Assembly (NCBI RefSeq): GCF_006345805.1
Contig: NC_043001.1
Span: forward strand, 133,362,001 to 133,426,000
Length of the DNA: 64,000 nt
Direction of reading: 5' to 3'
Source: Octopus sinensis
Taxonomy: Eukaryota
Within the stretch, counting starts at the first letter, position 1; each line of letters starts with the position of its first letter. Below are positions 13,321 through 25,096 of this stretch, in pieces. The position numbers and the translations under genes are program-made. Below the pieces are notes generated by a model. That model was not told the origin of the DNA and ran no database searches. It saw only the letters and a program-made list of their open reading frames with translations.

Positions 13321-13663
13321 AATTTTCCATTGATGGTGTGATCATTTTGAAGATAGCCAATAAACACAATATTTTGTGCATTAATGCGTAGTTTATATAA
13401 TAATGTGAAGTATATTTTGCATATTAAAATGTTTAATTTTGGAAATGTATCAAATTGCAAATATTTCAAAGTGTGGGACACTACATGACAAAAACTAACA
13501 AAAAAGGAAGAAAATAATGATGCTTGTGTTCCAAAGGTACAATGAGAAGGCCCAGGAGAAGGATAGAGAGATGGGGTAGAGGGAAGGAAGATAGAAGGAA
13601 AGAAAAGAATGAAAAGTGAAAAGATAAACTGGGGATCTGAAATGAGTACTAGGCAGGAAATTG

Positions 13664-13850
13664 GCCCCTGTGCCAGTGGAACGTAAAATAGCACCCACTA
13701 CCCTCTCAGAGTGGTTGGCGTTAGGAAGGGCATCCAGCTGTTGAAACACTGCCAGATCAGACTGGAGTCTGGTGGAGCCTACTGGCTTCCCAGGCCCCAG
13801 TCGAACCATTCAATCTATTCCAGCATGGAAAATGGACATTAAACAATGAT
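13664..13850 (+). mobile_element. RTE 3' end
   Basis: Matches 1555-1646 and 10003-10166. Confidence 0.7.
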
Positions 13851-14375
13851 ATCTTACCTATGCACTGGTCAAGTAGAAAAACGATGAATGATAAAAAATT
13901 GGATTGTCTTTTGGTACCAAAAGAGTGAAGAAAGAGAGTAGAGAAGGTTAGGGAAGAGCAAGTAGGAAGAAAGATAGAGTGCAGAGAAATAAGGGAGTAA
14001 AGATAGACAGTAGGTAGTTGACAGAGATGGACAGAAGAAGAAATGGAAAGCAGTAAAGAGAGAAAAGCAGCAGATAGGTAGAGAGGTAGAGAGATGGGAG
14101 AGGAGATGACAGAGAAATAGATAGAAAAGAGAGACAGTCTTGCACCAAATGTTGAACACTGTGTAGGGTACCACTGAGTGGGAACAGAAGTGAGTGTGTG
14201 ACATTACATTGACAAACAGACCTAAAATACTGCACAGAAAGTCAACACACACACATATAAAAGAATGAAGGAAATTGTAGTATACAGTACTCAGGTGCAC
14301 TACAACTAAAAAGAAAAAATGGCGTGTACTGTTGGCGGACTTCAAGACATGAAAATTTTGAAGGATGTAGTGTAG

Positions 14376-15231
14376 CTTTCGACCGACTTTCCAGGAAGTT
14401 AGGAAAATCTCGGAACTTTTCTGAACGATTTTCCAGGAAGTTGGGGAACCCCCGGAACTTTCCATGAAACCTCGGAACTTTCCGAACGGTTTTCCAGGAA
14501 GCTAGGAAGCCCCCCGGAACTTTCCTGGAAGTTTCCGATCAATTTTCCAGACAGTTGGGGAATCCCCCAGAACTTTCCATGAAATCCTCGGAACTTTCCA
14601 CGAAATCCTCGGAACTTTCCATGAAACCATCGGAACTTTCCATGAAGTTTCCGAGTGGTTTTCCAAGAAGTTGGGGACCCCCCAGAACTTTCCATGAAAT
14701 CCTCGGAACTTTCCATGAAATTTCCTACCGACTTTCCAAGAAGTTTGGAATTCCCGGAACTTTCCATGAAATCCTTGGAATTTCCCAGTAAGTTTCCGAC
14801 CAATTTCCCAGGAAGTTGGGAAATCCCTAGAACTTTCCATGAAATCCTCGGGACTTTCTATGAAGTTTCCGACCAATTTTCCAGAAGTTGGGGAATCCCC
14901 GGAAATTTCCACGAAATCTTCGGAACTTTCCAGGCAGTTTCCGGCCTATTTTCCAAATAGTTTGGAAATCCTCGTAACTGTCCACGAAGTTTCCGATCAA
15001 ATTTACTAGAAGATGAGAAATCCCCGGAACTTTCCACGGAGTTTCCAGGAAGTTGTGGGATCACCTGAACTTTTCCCGAAATCCTCGGAACTTTCCAGGA
15101 AGTTTCCGGTCAATTTTCCAGGACTTTGGGGAATTTCCGGAACTTTCCATGAAATCCTTGGGACTTTCCAGGAAGTTTTCGACCAATTTTTCAGGAAGTT
15201 ATAAAAATCCTCGAAACTTTCGAGGAAGTTC
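14376..15231. repeat. Complex GGAACTTTCC/TTCCAGGAAG minisatellite
   Basis: 21-bp GGAACTTTCCATGAAATCCTC subunits are interleaved with TTCCAGGAAGTTGGGGAATCCCC blocks. Confidence 0.9.
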
Positions 15232-15626
15232 CCTTAAGGAAGTAATGATAGTACTGCAGCCATTCTAGTGCACCGTCTTAATATATTTTCAATTAGGTTT
15301 TGTTGTTGCTTCTTGACTGGAAGGTGGTCTATGCAGCTGTTCTCCTCTGAATGTATCATCCTTGAATGGTTGACTTCTAAGGTATCGTTAAGAGTTCATC
15401 TAATGAGTTTTGGGAGGGTTCTTTTAATGTTTCAGTGGAAGTCTCTTTTATATTTCTTTTTATTTAGATAGGTAGTTGAACAGTTGAGGGAACTCTAAAT
15501 GTCAGATTGTTACAATAGAGTATTTTAGCCCATGATTTCGAAGGTAGAATATTTGCAGGCTTAAAGTATATAAATGTTCGTGCATTAAAACTCTCTCCAG
15601 TGCCGAAGTTTAGAACATGTCCCTCC

Positions 15627-15895
15627 ACAGTTCTATATTTTAGAGATGAGGAATCACATTATTTATATTCGATGGATATTTGTCCTCATCTTGTTTGTTG
15701 TTAACACAACGTTTCGGCTGATATACCCTCCAGCCTTCTTCAGGTGACTTGGGGCAATTTCGAACCTGTGTTCTCATTCCTAATGTATTTTTCGATGTTG
15801 TTATTGTTGTTATTGTTAGTGTTCAGGTCATTGCTTGGAATCGAACTTGGAATCTTGGGTGTAGCCCGCGCTCTTAACCACTACGCCATATGTCC
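15627..15895 (-). mobile_element. tRNA-headed, hammerhead-bearing short element (solo copy)
   Basis: A box TGGCGTAGTGG (15888-15878), B box AGTTCGATTCC (15847-15837), HHR at 15746-15705. Homologous to 22955-23225. Confidence 0.7.
15705..15746 (-). ncRNA. Minimal type I hammerhead ribozyme motif (core intact)
   Basis: CAC-CTGAAGA-A-GGCTG(GAGGGTATAT)CAGCC-GAAA-CG-TT-GTG. Confidence 0.7.
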
Positions 15896-15939
15896 CCCAA
15901 CAATTTTCCATATGAATGTGATAGTATATATTTCTCTTG

Positions 15940-17030
15940 GATGTCAAGAGACTCAGCGCTTTCAGACATTCTCGGTAAATAAGACTTTTAACTGAAGGTA
16001 TTTTACCAGTGAACATTCCTTGTAACCCTTCAATCTCTTCCATGAGACCGGATGAGTTAGAAGATTAAAATTGTAAGCAGTAATATAAACTGCTCAGAAC
16101 TAGGGTTTTCCCTAAAAATAAAACTAACTACCGGTTCCCTTGTCATGAATGTTCGTAGGATGCAGCCTATGAGTTTGCTGCATTTAAAGGTTAGTTTGAT
16201 AATATGGCTGATGGAAAATGTATCATTTGACATGATTACACCTAAGTCCTGTATGTCATTAGTGGTCTGAATCATTATGTTACCTTGTGTCAAATATTGC
16301 GATTTGGGTGAATTCGTTTTTAATGAAGAAGCTGAAATTTTGATGTACTAATTTTCGTATTTTTCTGGTTTAGCTCCTAGCCATCGATATTCTTGTGTAA
16401 TTCATTCCCTGATGTATACGACGTATTACAGGTAACTTGGAGAGAAATCCATTTGCAGTAATTGGTTGACTCCTACTGTATAGGGAATTAAAGAACCATT
16501 CTCCGACTTCTCCTGTGATACCAAGATTTTTTAAATTATGACAGATGATTCCATGATCAGTCTTGTCAAACACCTTAACAATATCAAGGTTTTAACAGTC
16601 AATGATCTTTCCCCTTAAGAGATTATTTGAGGTAGTGTTATGATGCTGTAAGAATTGTGACAGGCAACTTCGTTCAGTCCGAAACCTATACCGAGTGTCA
16701 TCTAAGTTGTTTTCCTCCAGGTATGTTATTACTTTTTGTCTTCGGACAAGGCATTGGATAATTTTATACGTGTAAGACGTGAGGGAAACAGGTCTGTAAT
16801 TTTTAGCTTCAGCACTGCTAACACCTTTGTACCTATATAGGTTTTATTGTAGCTTCTTTCAATAGTCTCGGGAATATGGCAGTATCTGGCGAGTTTTGAA
16901 ATAGTACCTTTAATGATTTCATGAGGTGGTTTTTGCACGTTTTTTAGCAATATAACCGGAATACTATTTGGTACAGATGCTGAGTTTGGGTCTAAATCTT
17001 TAATAGCCGCAAGTATATCAATTTCCATGA
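15940..17030 (-). pseudogene. Old CR1/L2-group LINE RT remnant
   Basis: Fragments FDKTDHGII..LGITG..W..R.Q..NG, DLGVIMSND..HI..K..G.ILRTF and L.YRE.LK.L.L in several frames. Confidence 0.75.
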
Positions 17031-17039
17031 TATTAATTT

Positions 17040-18215
17040 TAAGTTGTGTCTCTGCACTTGAGTTGTGGGATCAAAGAATTCGCTTGGATTATGCACGAGG
17101 CTGCGATACGGATTATACATGGGGCTGCGATACGGACAGTGAATGCGGCCTTCCACCTGTTGAAACGAAAGTGTCGGGGATAGAGTTTGCGGCGCAGGGG
17201 TGAAAGTTTCCGCAAATGGTAGGTTTACATGTCCGTTGAAGATGTTGAAAGTCGGATGAGATTTCCCTGCATCCTCCGTCGTTTGAGTGAAAGCAATGCC
17301 AGCCATTGGAGATGTTCCTCTTATGCAAACTTAGACAAGCCCGCCTCCATTTGTGTGGCCAAGTGCTGAACCCGTTCCAGGTGGTGAATGTCTTTCTGGA
17401 TATATGGGTTTGAGGTATGCATGCAATATTCGAGGATGGGTCGAACTAGAGTGATATATACAGGCCGAAAGACGTCCATTGAAGGGTTGGCAAAGGATCG
17501 GTGGATGAGGAAAAGATTCCTTCTGGCTTTGTTCGCCGCCTCGATACCCTGCCGTGGTAATTTGAAAGTAGTATCGATCCTTATGCTGAGATCCTTTTCT
17601 TCAGTAACCATCTTAAGATGTTGATGTTTGTGGCCAATAGTCAAGGGAGAGTTTGGAGGTGAATCTATTGGCAAATGGCTGCATTTTGAGGCGTTCAAGT
17701 TCAGATTCCATTCTTCTGCCCAATTCGAAGCTCGGTTCAGCGACGATTGGAGTATGTCGTATTGATTCCAAGGTGAGACAAGTTTGACGTCGTCTGCAAA
17801 TAGGAGAACTCTTCCATCAAGAAAATCTGGCAGGTTATTGATATAGAGAAGGAAAAGTATTGGCCCAAGCACCGACCCCTGGGGAACGCCGCTGCATGCA
17901 TTCATCTCCGCGGAGAGATCTCCATTTATCTGCACCCAAAATGTTCGATAGCTAAGGAAGGAAGAAATCCACAAAGTCACCAATGGATGAATCTTGAATG
18001 CTCGAAGTTTGCGCAAGAGAAGTCACTGATTAACGAAGTCAAACGCCTTTGCCAAGTCCAAAAATACCACGCCCACCGAGTCTTTTTCATCCATGGTCCT
18101 TGTAATCCATTCTTCAAGAAGGAGAAGATTTGTTAGGCAAGATCTTCAGGGTAGAAATCCATGCTGCGAGTCGGATATTTCTTTGTACCATATACAGATA
18201 ATTGTATAATGCTTT
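17040..18215 (-). pseudogene. Better-preserved CR1-group LINE RT fragment
   Basis: QHGF..GRSCLTNLL..DLAKAFD, SGVPQGSVLGPILFLLYIN, FADDVKL, LVRPILEY and LERVQ. Confidence 0.9.
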
Positions 18216-18229
18216 GGTTGGAAATAGCT

Positions 18230-18480
18230 GTGGGAATGACCTGAACATTGTGAATAAAAACAAAGTCGAGTATGTTATTTTCCCCTAATTGGACGGGTAA
18301 TGATTTGTTGTATGGGAAAGTCTTTTGTTGTATCGAGAAAAGGGTTCATATCCCTTCACTTCAGTTGCTTAATTCCAGGCTGGATATAATCCTCGGACCA
18401 GCAAAGATTAGTAAGATTAAAGACCCCTGTTAAAAGTATATTAGCTTGTGTGCTGGCCTCAGCTAGGATTAGACTTATGA
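18230..18480 (-). pseudogene. APE endonuclease remnant of a LINE
   Basis: NILLTGVFNLTNLCW (GDFN-like motif) and QIITRPIRG. Confidence 0.45.
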
Positions 18481-18643
18481 GCATAAAATAGCACCTTGAT
18501 CATGATTGTTTATAGTGCTGTGAGTCTCTACTGAACGGCTGGCTGTAGCCTTAAAAAGCAAGTAAAAGTCACATTCGATCACAGCACCAATAACAGTTAA
18601 GCTTCGTGCAATGGCCATACTCGATAACGAGGGGGCAGCCATC

Positions 18644-18731
18644 GTATGTATGTATGTATGTATGTATGTATGTATGTATGTATGTATGTATGTATGTATG
18701 TATGTATGTATGTATAGACAGACAGACAGAC

Positions 18732-18803
<72 letters not shown>
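18644..18803. repeat. (ATGT)n-(AGAC)n-(AGAT)n compound microsatellite
   Basis: Visible directly. Confidence 0.95.
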
Positions 18804-18805
<2 letters not shown>

Positions 18806-19146
18806 GTTTCTTTATTGGCCACACAAGGCTGCACACAGATGGGACAAGTTACAAGATAGAGCTTTTCTTTTGGGGGATGAAAAAAAAAGAAACAAAAAAA
18901 GGGGTGGCGTAGGTTTTCGATCAAGAGGGATCGTAAAAGGGAAGAAAAGAACAAAAAAAAATAAATAAAATTTTTAAAAAATTAAAAAAATAAAAAAAGA
19001 AGAAAAGGAAAAGGAACAAAAGAAAATATATATATTGGAAGAAAAAAGCAAAATATGTTGTATAGAAATTTGTTATTCTAAATTCAATTTATTCTTCAAT
19101 CGGGATACAATCTATTCTTTAATTAAGAAATCAATTCCGTAGACAT

Positions 19147-19163
19147 AATATAAAATAATAATG

Positions 19164-19223
<60 letters not shown>
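19147..19223. repeat. (AAT)n microsatellite flanking the R4/Dong remnant
   Basis: Visible directly. Confidence 0.95.
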
Positions 19224-19228
<5 letters not shown>

Positions 19229-19967
19229 CCACCTTAAATTTTTCTGTCATTTCTTTCTCCATCTATTTATCCATTTCCAAAATCCTCAAGTACTTATAGC
19301 CTGTCTCTTCTATCTGCTTCATAACCTCCCTCGACGGTATCGTTAGCCCGTCCATACATTTGATTTTTGCCTCTCTTCAAGACTAACACACCACACTCTC
19401 TCGGTCCGAATTCCATTCTGATAACAGCACTGAAGGTATACACTGTATCAACGAGGGAACTGATTTGGGCTTCATCTTCACCATAAAGTTTGAGGTCATC
19501 CATGAATAACAAATGGCTGACTTTTTGCTGGTGGCTTTTGAATACATACCCAGCTTTTGCTTTCCTCGGAATCAGTGTTAGTAGTATCAAGCACAGTACA
19601 AAGATCAGTGGGGACTGGCAGTCCCCTTGGAAGATGCCCCTCCTAATTTCTACTGTCCCTAAACTTCTTCCGTATGCTATCAGGCCCGTCCTCCAATTCG
19701 CCATACTTTTTCCAAGCAATCGCTCAACATTCAGTGCAATACCAAATAGGTTCATACACTCCATAATCCAAGAATGGGGGATCATATCGTACGCCTTATG
19801 ATAGTCGATCCATGACATGGCTAAGTTACTTTTCCTCCTCTTGCAGTCTCTAAATACTTGCTGCCTTGATCAAATTATTTGTTACTGTGATGTTGTTTGT
19901 TCTGATGTATTTCAGAATTTCATTGATATTTTTCGTTTCTTGGTTCAATTTCCATCGATCAACCTTT
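19224..19967 (-). pseudogene. R4/Dong-clade non-LTR retrotransposon RT core (inverted segment)
   Basis: WIDYxKAYDxxPHSW, IRRGIFQGDxxSPLxF, SHLLFMDDLKLY and MEFG..C; ends ..EKFKVEY. Confidence 0.85.
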
Positions 19968-20250
19968 TGCGCAGACTGAGCCTGATCCTTAAGTCGAAAT
20001 TAAACGGACGGAATAAGATCGAAGCTACCAACACCTGGGCGGTTTCACTCCTTAGATATGGAGCAGGGGTAATCACATGGACAGTAGACGAACTAAAAGG
20101 CTTAGACAGAAAGACAAGGAAGTTGCTAACTAGATATGGGTCACTCCACCCAAAAAGTGACACAGTCAGACTGTATGTACCAAGAAAAAGAGGAGGAAGA
20201 GGACTTATTGGATGCGAACACAGCGTTAGAGCAGAAGGAAACAACATAGC
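19966..20250 (+). pseudogene. R4/Dong RT thumb region (sense segment)
   Basis: LRRLSLILKSKLNGRNKI..NTWAV..LRYGAG..W..EL..LDRKTRKLL..LHPKSD..RLY.PRK.GGRGL. Confidence 0.85.
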
Positions 20251-20866
20251 ACAGCCATTGATGATGGTAGCTTCTGTCACATTAGGTGGTAATGTCTTCA
20301 CAATCAACTTTGTCCCATTGCATAATTTAAGAGGATCTAAATTTCTTAGAAGCATTATTGAGACTCTTACCTTCAGAAAAAAGTTTATATGGAGGAGTTC
20401 CAGGTGGCTCAAGAGAATTAAGGAACTCTGTTGGGTAATGGACAGCTTGATTTTCATCAAGAACTGAATCAACTGATTTGTACTTCTTAATGACTTTTGG
20501 AATCTTATTCATTAATTCATGGTTACTCCTTGCTACTGTCTCGTTTTTTGGAGCAAGAGTTGCCCTTTCACACAACCATTTATGTGAATTATAATTATTA
20601 CTTAAGTGTGGAAATACCGTTCTTCAATTCAGCTGGGGAATTCTCCATGATAGTAATGTGAGCCAAACTGATATCACCATTCCCATCAAATGGTACTTTC
20701 CCATTTCCTAATTGGAGGAGCCAGGCTGAAAACTGTTTTGCACATTGGTCCCCATGTAATAAAGCTCGCACATTAGTATTGAAGGATAATTTCAGTACTT
20801 TATTCCATAGGCGGGAAGACTTAATGCATGCTTTTATTTCATCAGATCTTGTTCGTCTCGGACACA
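20248..20866 (-). pseudogene. Helitron Pif1-like helicase fragment
   Basis: DEIKACIKSS.LW, FSAWLLQLGNG, LAPKNE, YPTEFLNSLEPPG.PP.KL.LKV..IMLLRNL.P..LCNGT.LIV. Confidence 0.9.
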
Positions 20867-21030
20867 TAAATATTCCAAAGTTCTTTTATGAGTTCTTTTT
20901 CCTGGTCTTCAGATAATACTACTTCCGTCCTCTCCTCCTCATTCCAGCTGTCTTGCAATTCCGCCTTTCCCCAATCCTTCAATCTTTTAAGCACATCTTC
21001 AGTCTTCCTTCTGCCTGAACCCTGTTTAAC
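20867..21030 (-). mobile_element. Probable R4/Dong N-terminal fragment ending at TAATAATAA
   Basis: Charged reading frame EERTEVVLSEDQEKELIKEL. Assignment is by context only. Confidence 0.35.
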
Positions 21031-21180
21031 TTAATAATAAGCAAAAGAACTTAAAAAAGCGTGAGAGTTGGGTCTCACAAATGTTTAAATGCAAAAGCCA
21101 AGAACAATAGAAAATGAAATGGCAGTAAAATGTAGATTCGGTTTCGAATCCTGGTTTAGAATCTAGGAAGTTATTTATTA

Positions 21181-21353
21181 CACACACACACACACATACA
21201 CGACGGGTTTCTTTCAGTTTCCGTCTACCAAATCCATTCACAAGGCTTTGGTCGGCCCGAGGCTATAGCTCAAGGTATCACACAGTGGGTCTGAACCAGG
21301 AACCATGTGGTTGCAAAGCAAACTTCTTACCACACAGTCACACGCCGACGCCT
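21181..21353 (-). mobile_element. SINE family A, 5' half
   Basis: Reverse complement of 8585-8760. Confidence 0.8.
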
Positions 21354-22185
21354 ATATTTACTTGCAGTTCTACATTGAAATTTCCAGATATTGAACATAC
21401 CAATAATTCTAAATTTCTTGGAAAACAGCGAAATTTAATAGGAAACTTAATACATTTAGACAAACAGTGACCTTATTTGAGCTGGTTTCTCTATATTTTA
21501 AAAATACGAAATTAGATGACATTTCTAAGTCGGTCGCTTGTCTGGTCGCAGTTATGGTTCAACGAAATTCGGCAACAGGGTTTGAGAAATAATTATTCTA
21601 GTCGTTTCCCAGAAGTTCTCCAAATTTTATTTCACTTTCCTAATACCTTTTCGACAACAGTTGATGGTGTCCTCATTTTCCCCCCAAACACCCACGCCAT
21701 CTTCTCCCTCTCAGTACTTCACTACTTTTTCTCACCCACTTCATTTCCCCCCACCTCCTCATCATCTATGTTATATAATACTTGACATTTTCAAGCAAAC
21801 AATAAGAGAGAGAGAGAGAGAGAGAGAAAAAAAAAGCAAGCAAAATAACGCGCTAACGTTATTTGACGTTATATAAGAGGCAAGCTAATTTACACATAGA
21901 TACGCTACACATATAAGCACATACTTCTACACACTTTTACAATTCTATTATTAGTATCAGTAATTCCACTTTCCTTTTACCATTTATAGCCATTTATGAA
22001 AAAGGTTTTCTTTAACATCATAGTTAATGTATCTTGGGATGGAAGGAATGAGAGTTTACGATGTTCACCCACAAACTTCCTAAGGGCATTAAAGGAGTAA
22101 ATGGGCGCAGGAATGATGATGTAGTTAAGAGGTTGACTTCGAAAATATGTGAGCCAGGGTTCGATTTCACTGCGCCGATAACTTT

Positions 22186-22382
22186 TTCGTTCTTCACTTG
22201 TTTGTTATTGTTCTTTTTTTATGTCCGTTGTTTGGAAATCTTTTGTCTTCAGCGAAATTTTTTGTCTTCAGAGCAGGAGACACGCGGGATGGAAAGTCGC
22301 TGAAGAGGTCACAGGGTGTGTGACGAAGGCTTTCCAGACAATGGACATAAAATAAGAACAATAATAAACAAGTGAGGAACGA
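22186..22382. repeat. Inverted repeat (about 52-bp arms) enclosing a degenerate HHR
   Basis: TCGTTCTTCACTTGTTTG..TGGAAA versus TTTCCAG..CAAGTGAGGAACGA. CTGAAGA-G-GTCAC/GTGAC at 22300-22324. Confidence 0.65.
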
Positions 22383-22511
22383 ATATATAATGCGTGTGTT
22401 TATTTGGCAAGAAAAAAAATTACCATCCCGAAATATAGCAATAACTGCTACAACATAAGATTTCATACACATCAGGAATCTTGCAAAACGAATACATAAA
22501 CGTATATATAT

Positions 22512-22918
22512 AGGCGCAGGAGTGGCTGTGTGGTAAGTAGCTTGCTAACCAACCACATGGTTCCGGGTTCAGTCCCACTGCGTGGCACCTTGGGCAAGTG
22601 TCTTCTGCTATAGCCCCGGGCCGACCAATGCCTTGTGAGTGGATTTGGTAGACGGAAACTGAAAGAAGCCTGTCGTATATATGTATAATATATATATATA
22701 TGTATGCGTGTGTATATGTTTGTGTCTGTGTTTGTCCCCCTAGCATTGCTTGACAACCGATGCTGGTGTGTTTATGTCCCCGTCACTTAGCGGTTCGGCA
22801 AAAAGAGACCGATAGCATAAGTACTGGGCTTACAAAGAATAAGTCCCGGGGTCGATCTGCTCGACTAAAGGCGGTGCTCCAGCATGGCCGCAGTCAAATG
22901 ACTGAAACAAGTAAAAAA
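22512..22918 (+). mobile_element. SINE family A, full length
   Basis: Near-identical to 8585-8993. Confidence 0.9.
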
Positions 22919-23410
22919 AATATATATATGTGTGTGTGTAACAACAGATAGATACACATTATTTACAATGGGCGGATAGGTGTCCTCACATTGTTTGTTG
23001 TTACACAACATTCCGGCTGGTGTACTCTCCAGCCTTCATCAGGTGTTCTGATGGAATTTCGAACCCAGCCCTTTATTTGACTAATGGCGTACTCTGTTCT
23101 CATTCGCAAGGTATTCTTTTTTTGCTGATGTCATTTTTTCCTGTTGATATTATTTCCCAAACTCATATTGAACTCAGAACCAGATGGCTAGTAGCCCACG
23201 CTCTTATCCACCATGCTATATGCCCGTAGGGAAGTATAGAGTGAATTTTGGGGCTTATAAACCTAATATTTTATCTTTTCTTAATACCAGTTCCTATATT
23301 ACATTCCTATCTGCACTTGGTCTGCTTAGGAGGTTGTTGTGTCCCAGCAAATGTGCTGCCTCTTTTAATTTTCGTATTTTCCAGTGGTATTCTCTGTCTA
23401 TTATCTTAGC

Positions 23411-23642
23411 TATTTCTTTACTACCCACAAGGGGCTAAACACAGAGAGGACAAACAAGGACAGACAAAGGGATTAAGTCGATTATATCGACCCCAGTCCG
23501 TAACTGGTACTTAATTTATCGCCCCCTAAGGATGAAAGGCAAAGTCGACCTCGGCGGAATTTGAACTCAGAACGTAGCGGCAGATGAAATACCGCTAGGC
23601 ATTTCATCCGGCGTGCTAACGTTTCTGCCAGTTCGCCGCCTT
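23411..23642 (-). mobile_element. SINE family D with 16-bp target duplication
   Basis: TCTGTCTATTATCTTA at 23393-23408 and 23649-23664. Confidence 0.9.
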
Positions 23643-24114
23643 CTATTATCTGTCTATTATCTTAACTTCATCCCACAGGAGGAGGAGGTCACCATTTTTC
23701 CATACATAATCGGCTTTACTCAATTTTTCAATATCCTCTCGTATCACAGCTTTACGATATTCCGCCACCTTTATTTTAAAGTAAGGAGGCAGCATGTTTC
23801 GCCGTTGTATGACCTACCGCAACTGCATGGACTGCAGTGCACGCAGTTTTTGGTCATATTCTCTTCTATGGGTGGTTTTACTCGGAGGAGATATTTGCGA
23901 ATTGTTGTATTACTTCTGAATACTGTCCTGGTGTCATATGGGCCGCATATCTTTTGTATCTTTTCCGAGAGGCCTTTGACATAGGTTAGACAGCCTCTCT
24001 CCTCTTTCTAATCAGAGTGGATAGTATGTTTTCTGGGTAGTTGTTGCCTAGTAGATTGTTTCTTAGCCTAATCATTTCTTCGTGGTGCGTACCAAGGTCG
24101 CTACTTACAGTCTT

Positions 24115-24416
24115 GTGTTTATTTAGCGAAAACACCTAAAAAGCTCCACGAGGCTCCGGCAGGGGATGGTGGTGATCCCTGCTGTACTCTTTCACCACAA
24201 CTTTCTATCACTCTTACTTCCTGTTTCTGTTGTACCTGTATTTCAAAGGGCCGGCCTTGTCACTCTCTGTGTCACGCTGAATATCCCCGAGAACTACGTT
24301 AAGGGTACACGTGTCTGTGGAGTGCTCAGCCACTTACACGTTAATTTCACGAGCAGGCTGTTCCGTTGATTCGGATCAAGCGGAACCCTCGTCGTCGTAA
24401 CCGACGGAGTGCTTCC
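24115..24416 (+). mobile_element. SINE family B, 5' truncated, 12-bp TSD
   Basis: ACTTACAGTCTT at 24103-24114 and 24417-24428. Body near-identical to 53156-53538. Confidence 0.9.
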
Positions 24417-24777
24417 ACTTACAGTCTTTGCTCGATTTTTAGGTACTGAGCAATCCCTTTCTTTATACAGTATGGACGGTGGGAAATGAAGTCGAGGTAT
24501 TGTCCAGTGAAGGTTGGCTTGCAGTATACGATGTCCTGAACCCATACTCAGTGTGTGTAATTAATACATCCAGGAATGCCAGCTGATTGTCTTTTTCTTT
24601 TTCCATTGCGAACTGTATGGATGGCTTTATTGAGTTCACATGATCTAGCAGTACTTGGACAGCCTCCTGGTAGGTCCAGTATATAAAGGTGTCATCAACA
24701 CATCGAAGCCATAGGGTTGACTTTAGTGATGTTTAGTGAAAAAAAAAAGTTTTCATCAGGTGAATACATGAATCAAA

Positions 24778-25096
24778 TGGCCCGGGCGTTGTGAGTGTTT
24801 ATTGAGCGAAAACACCTAAAAGCTTCACGAGGCTCCTGCAGGGGGTGGTGGTGATCCCTGCTGTACTCTTTCACCACAACTTTCTCTCACTCTTACTTCC
24901 TGTTTCTGTTGTACCTGTATTTCAAAGGGCCGGCCTTGTCACTCTCTGTGTCACGCTGAATATCCCCGAGAACTACGTTAAGGGTACACGTGTCTGTGGA
25001 GTGCTCAGCCACTTACACGTTAATTTCACGAGCAGGCTGTTCTGTTGATTCGGATCAACCGGAACCCTCATCGTCGTAACCGACGGAGTGCTTCCA
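24778..25096 (+). mobile_element. SINE family B, 5' truncated, 12-bp TSD
   Basis: ACATGAATCAAA at 24766-24777 and 25097-25108. Confidence 0.9.

Larger units (their letters stand above)
22955..24760 (-). mobile_element. Penelope-like element (Poseidon/Penelope type): RT C-terminus, GIY-YIG, then a tRNA-like/HHR terminal repeat; interrupted by two SINEs
   Basis: WLRCVDDTF, IQFAMEKE..LAFLDV, YCKPTFT..YL.F.SH, NNYP, and CV..PCSCGRSYNGET. Terminal repeat at 22955-23225. Confidence 0.85.

Noticed and set aside
15228-15240. CCCTTAA as a Kolobok/piggyBac right end for the 14-15 kb array
   Set aside because: No matching left terminus with TTAA was found.
14399-15268. ORFs across the 14-15 kb array
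   Set aside because: They are translations of the minisatellite on both strands.
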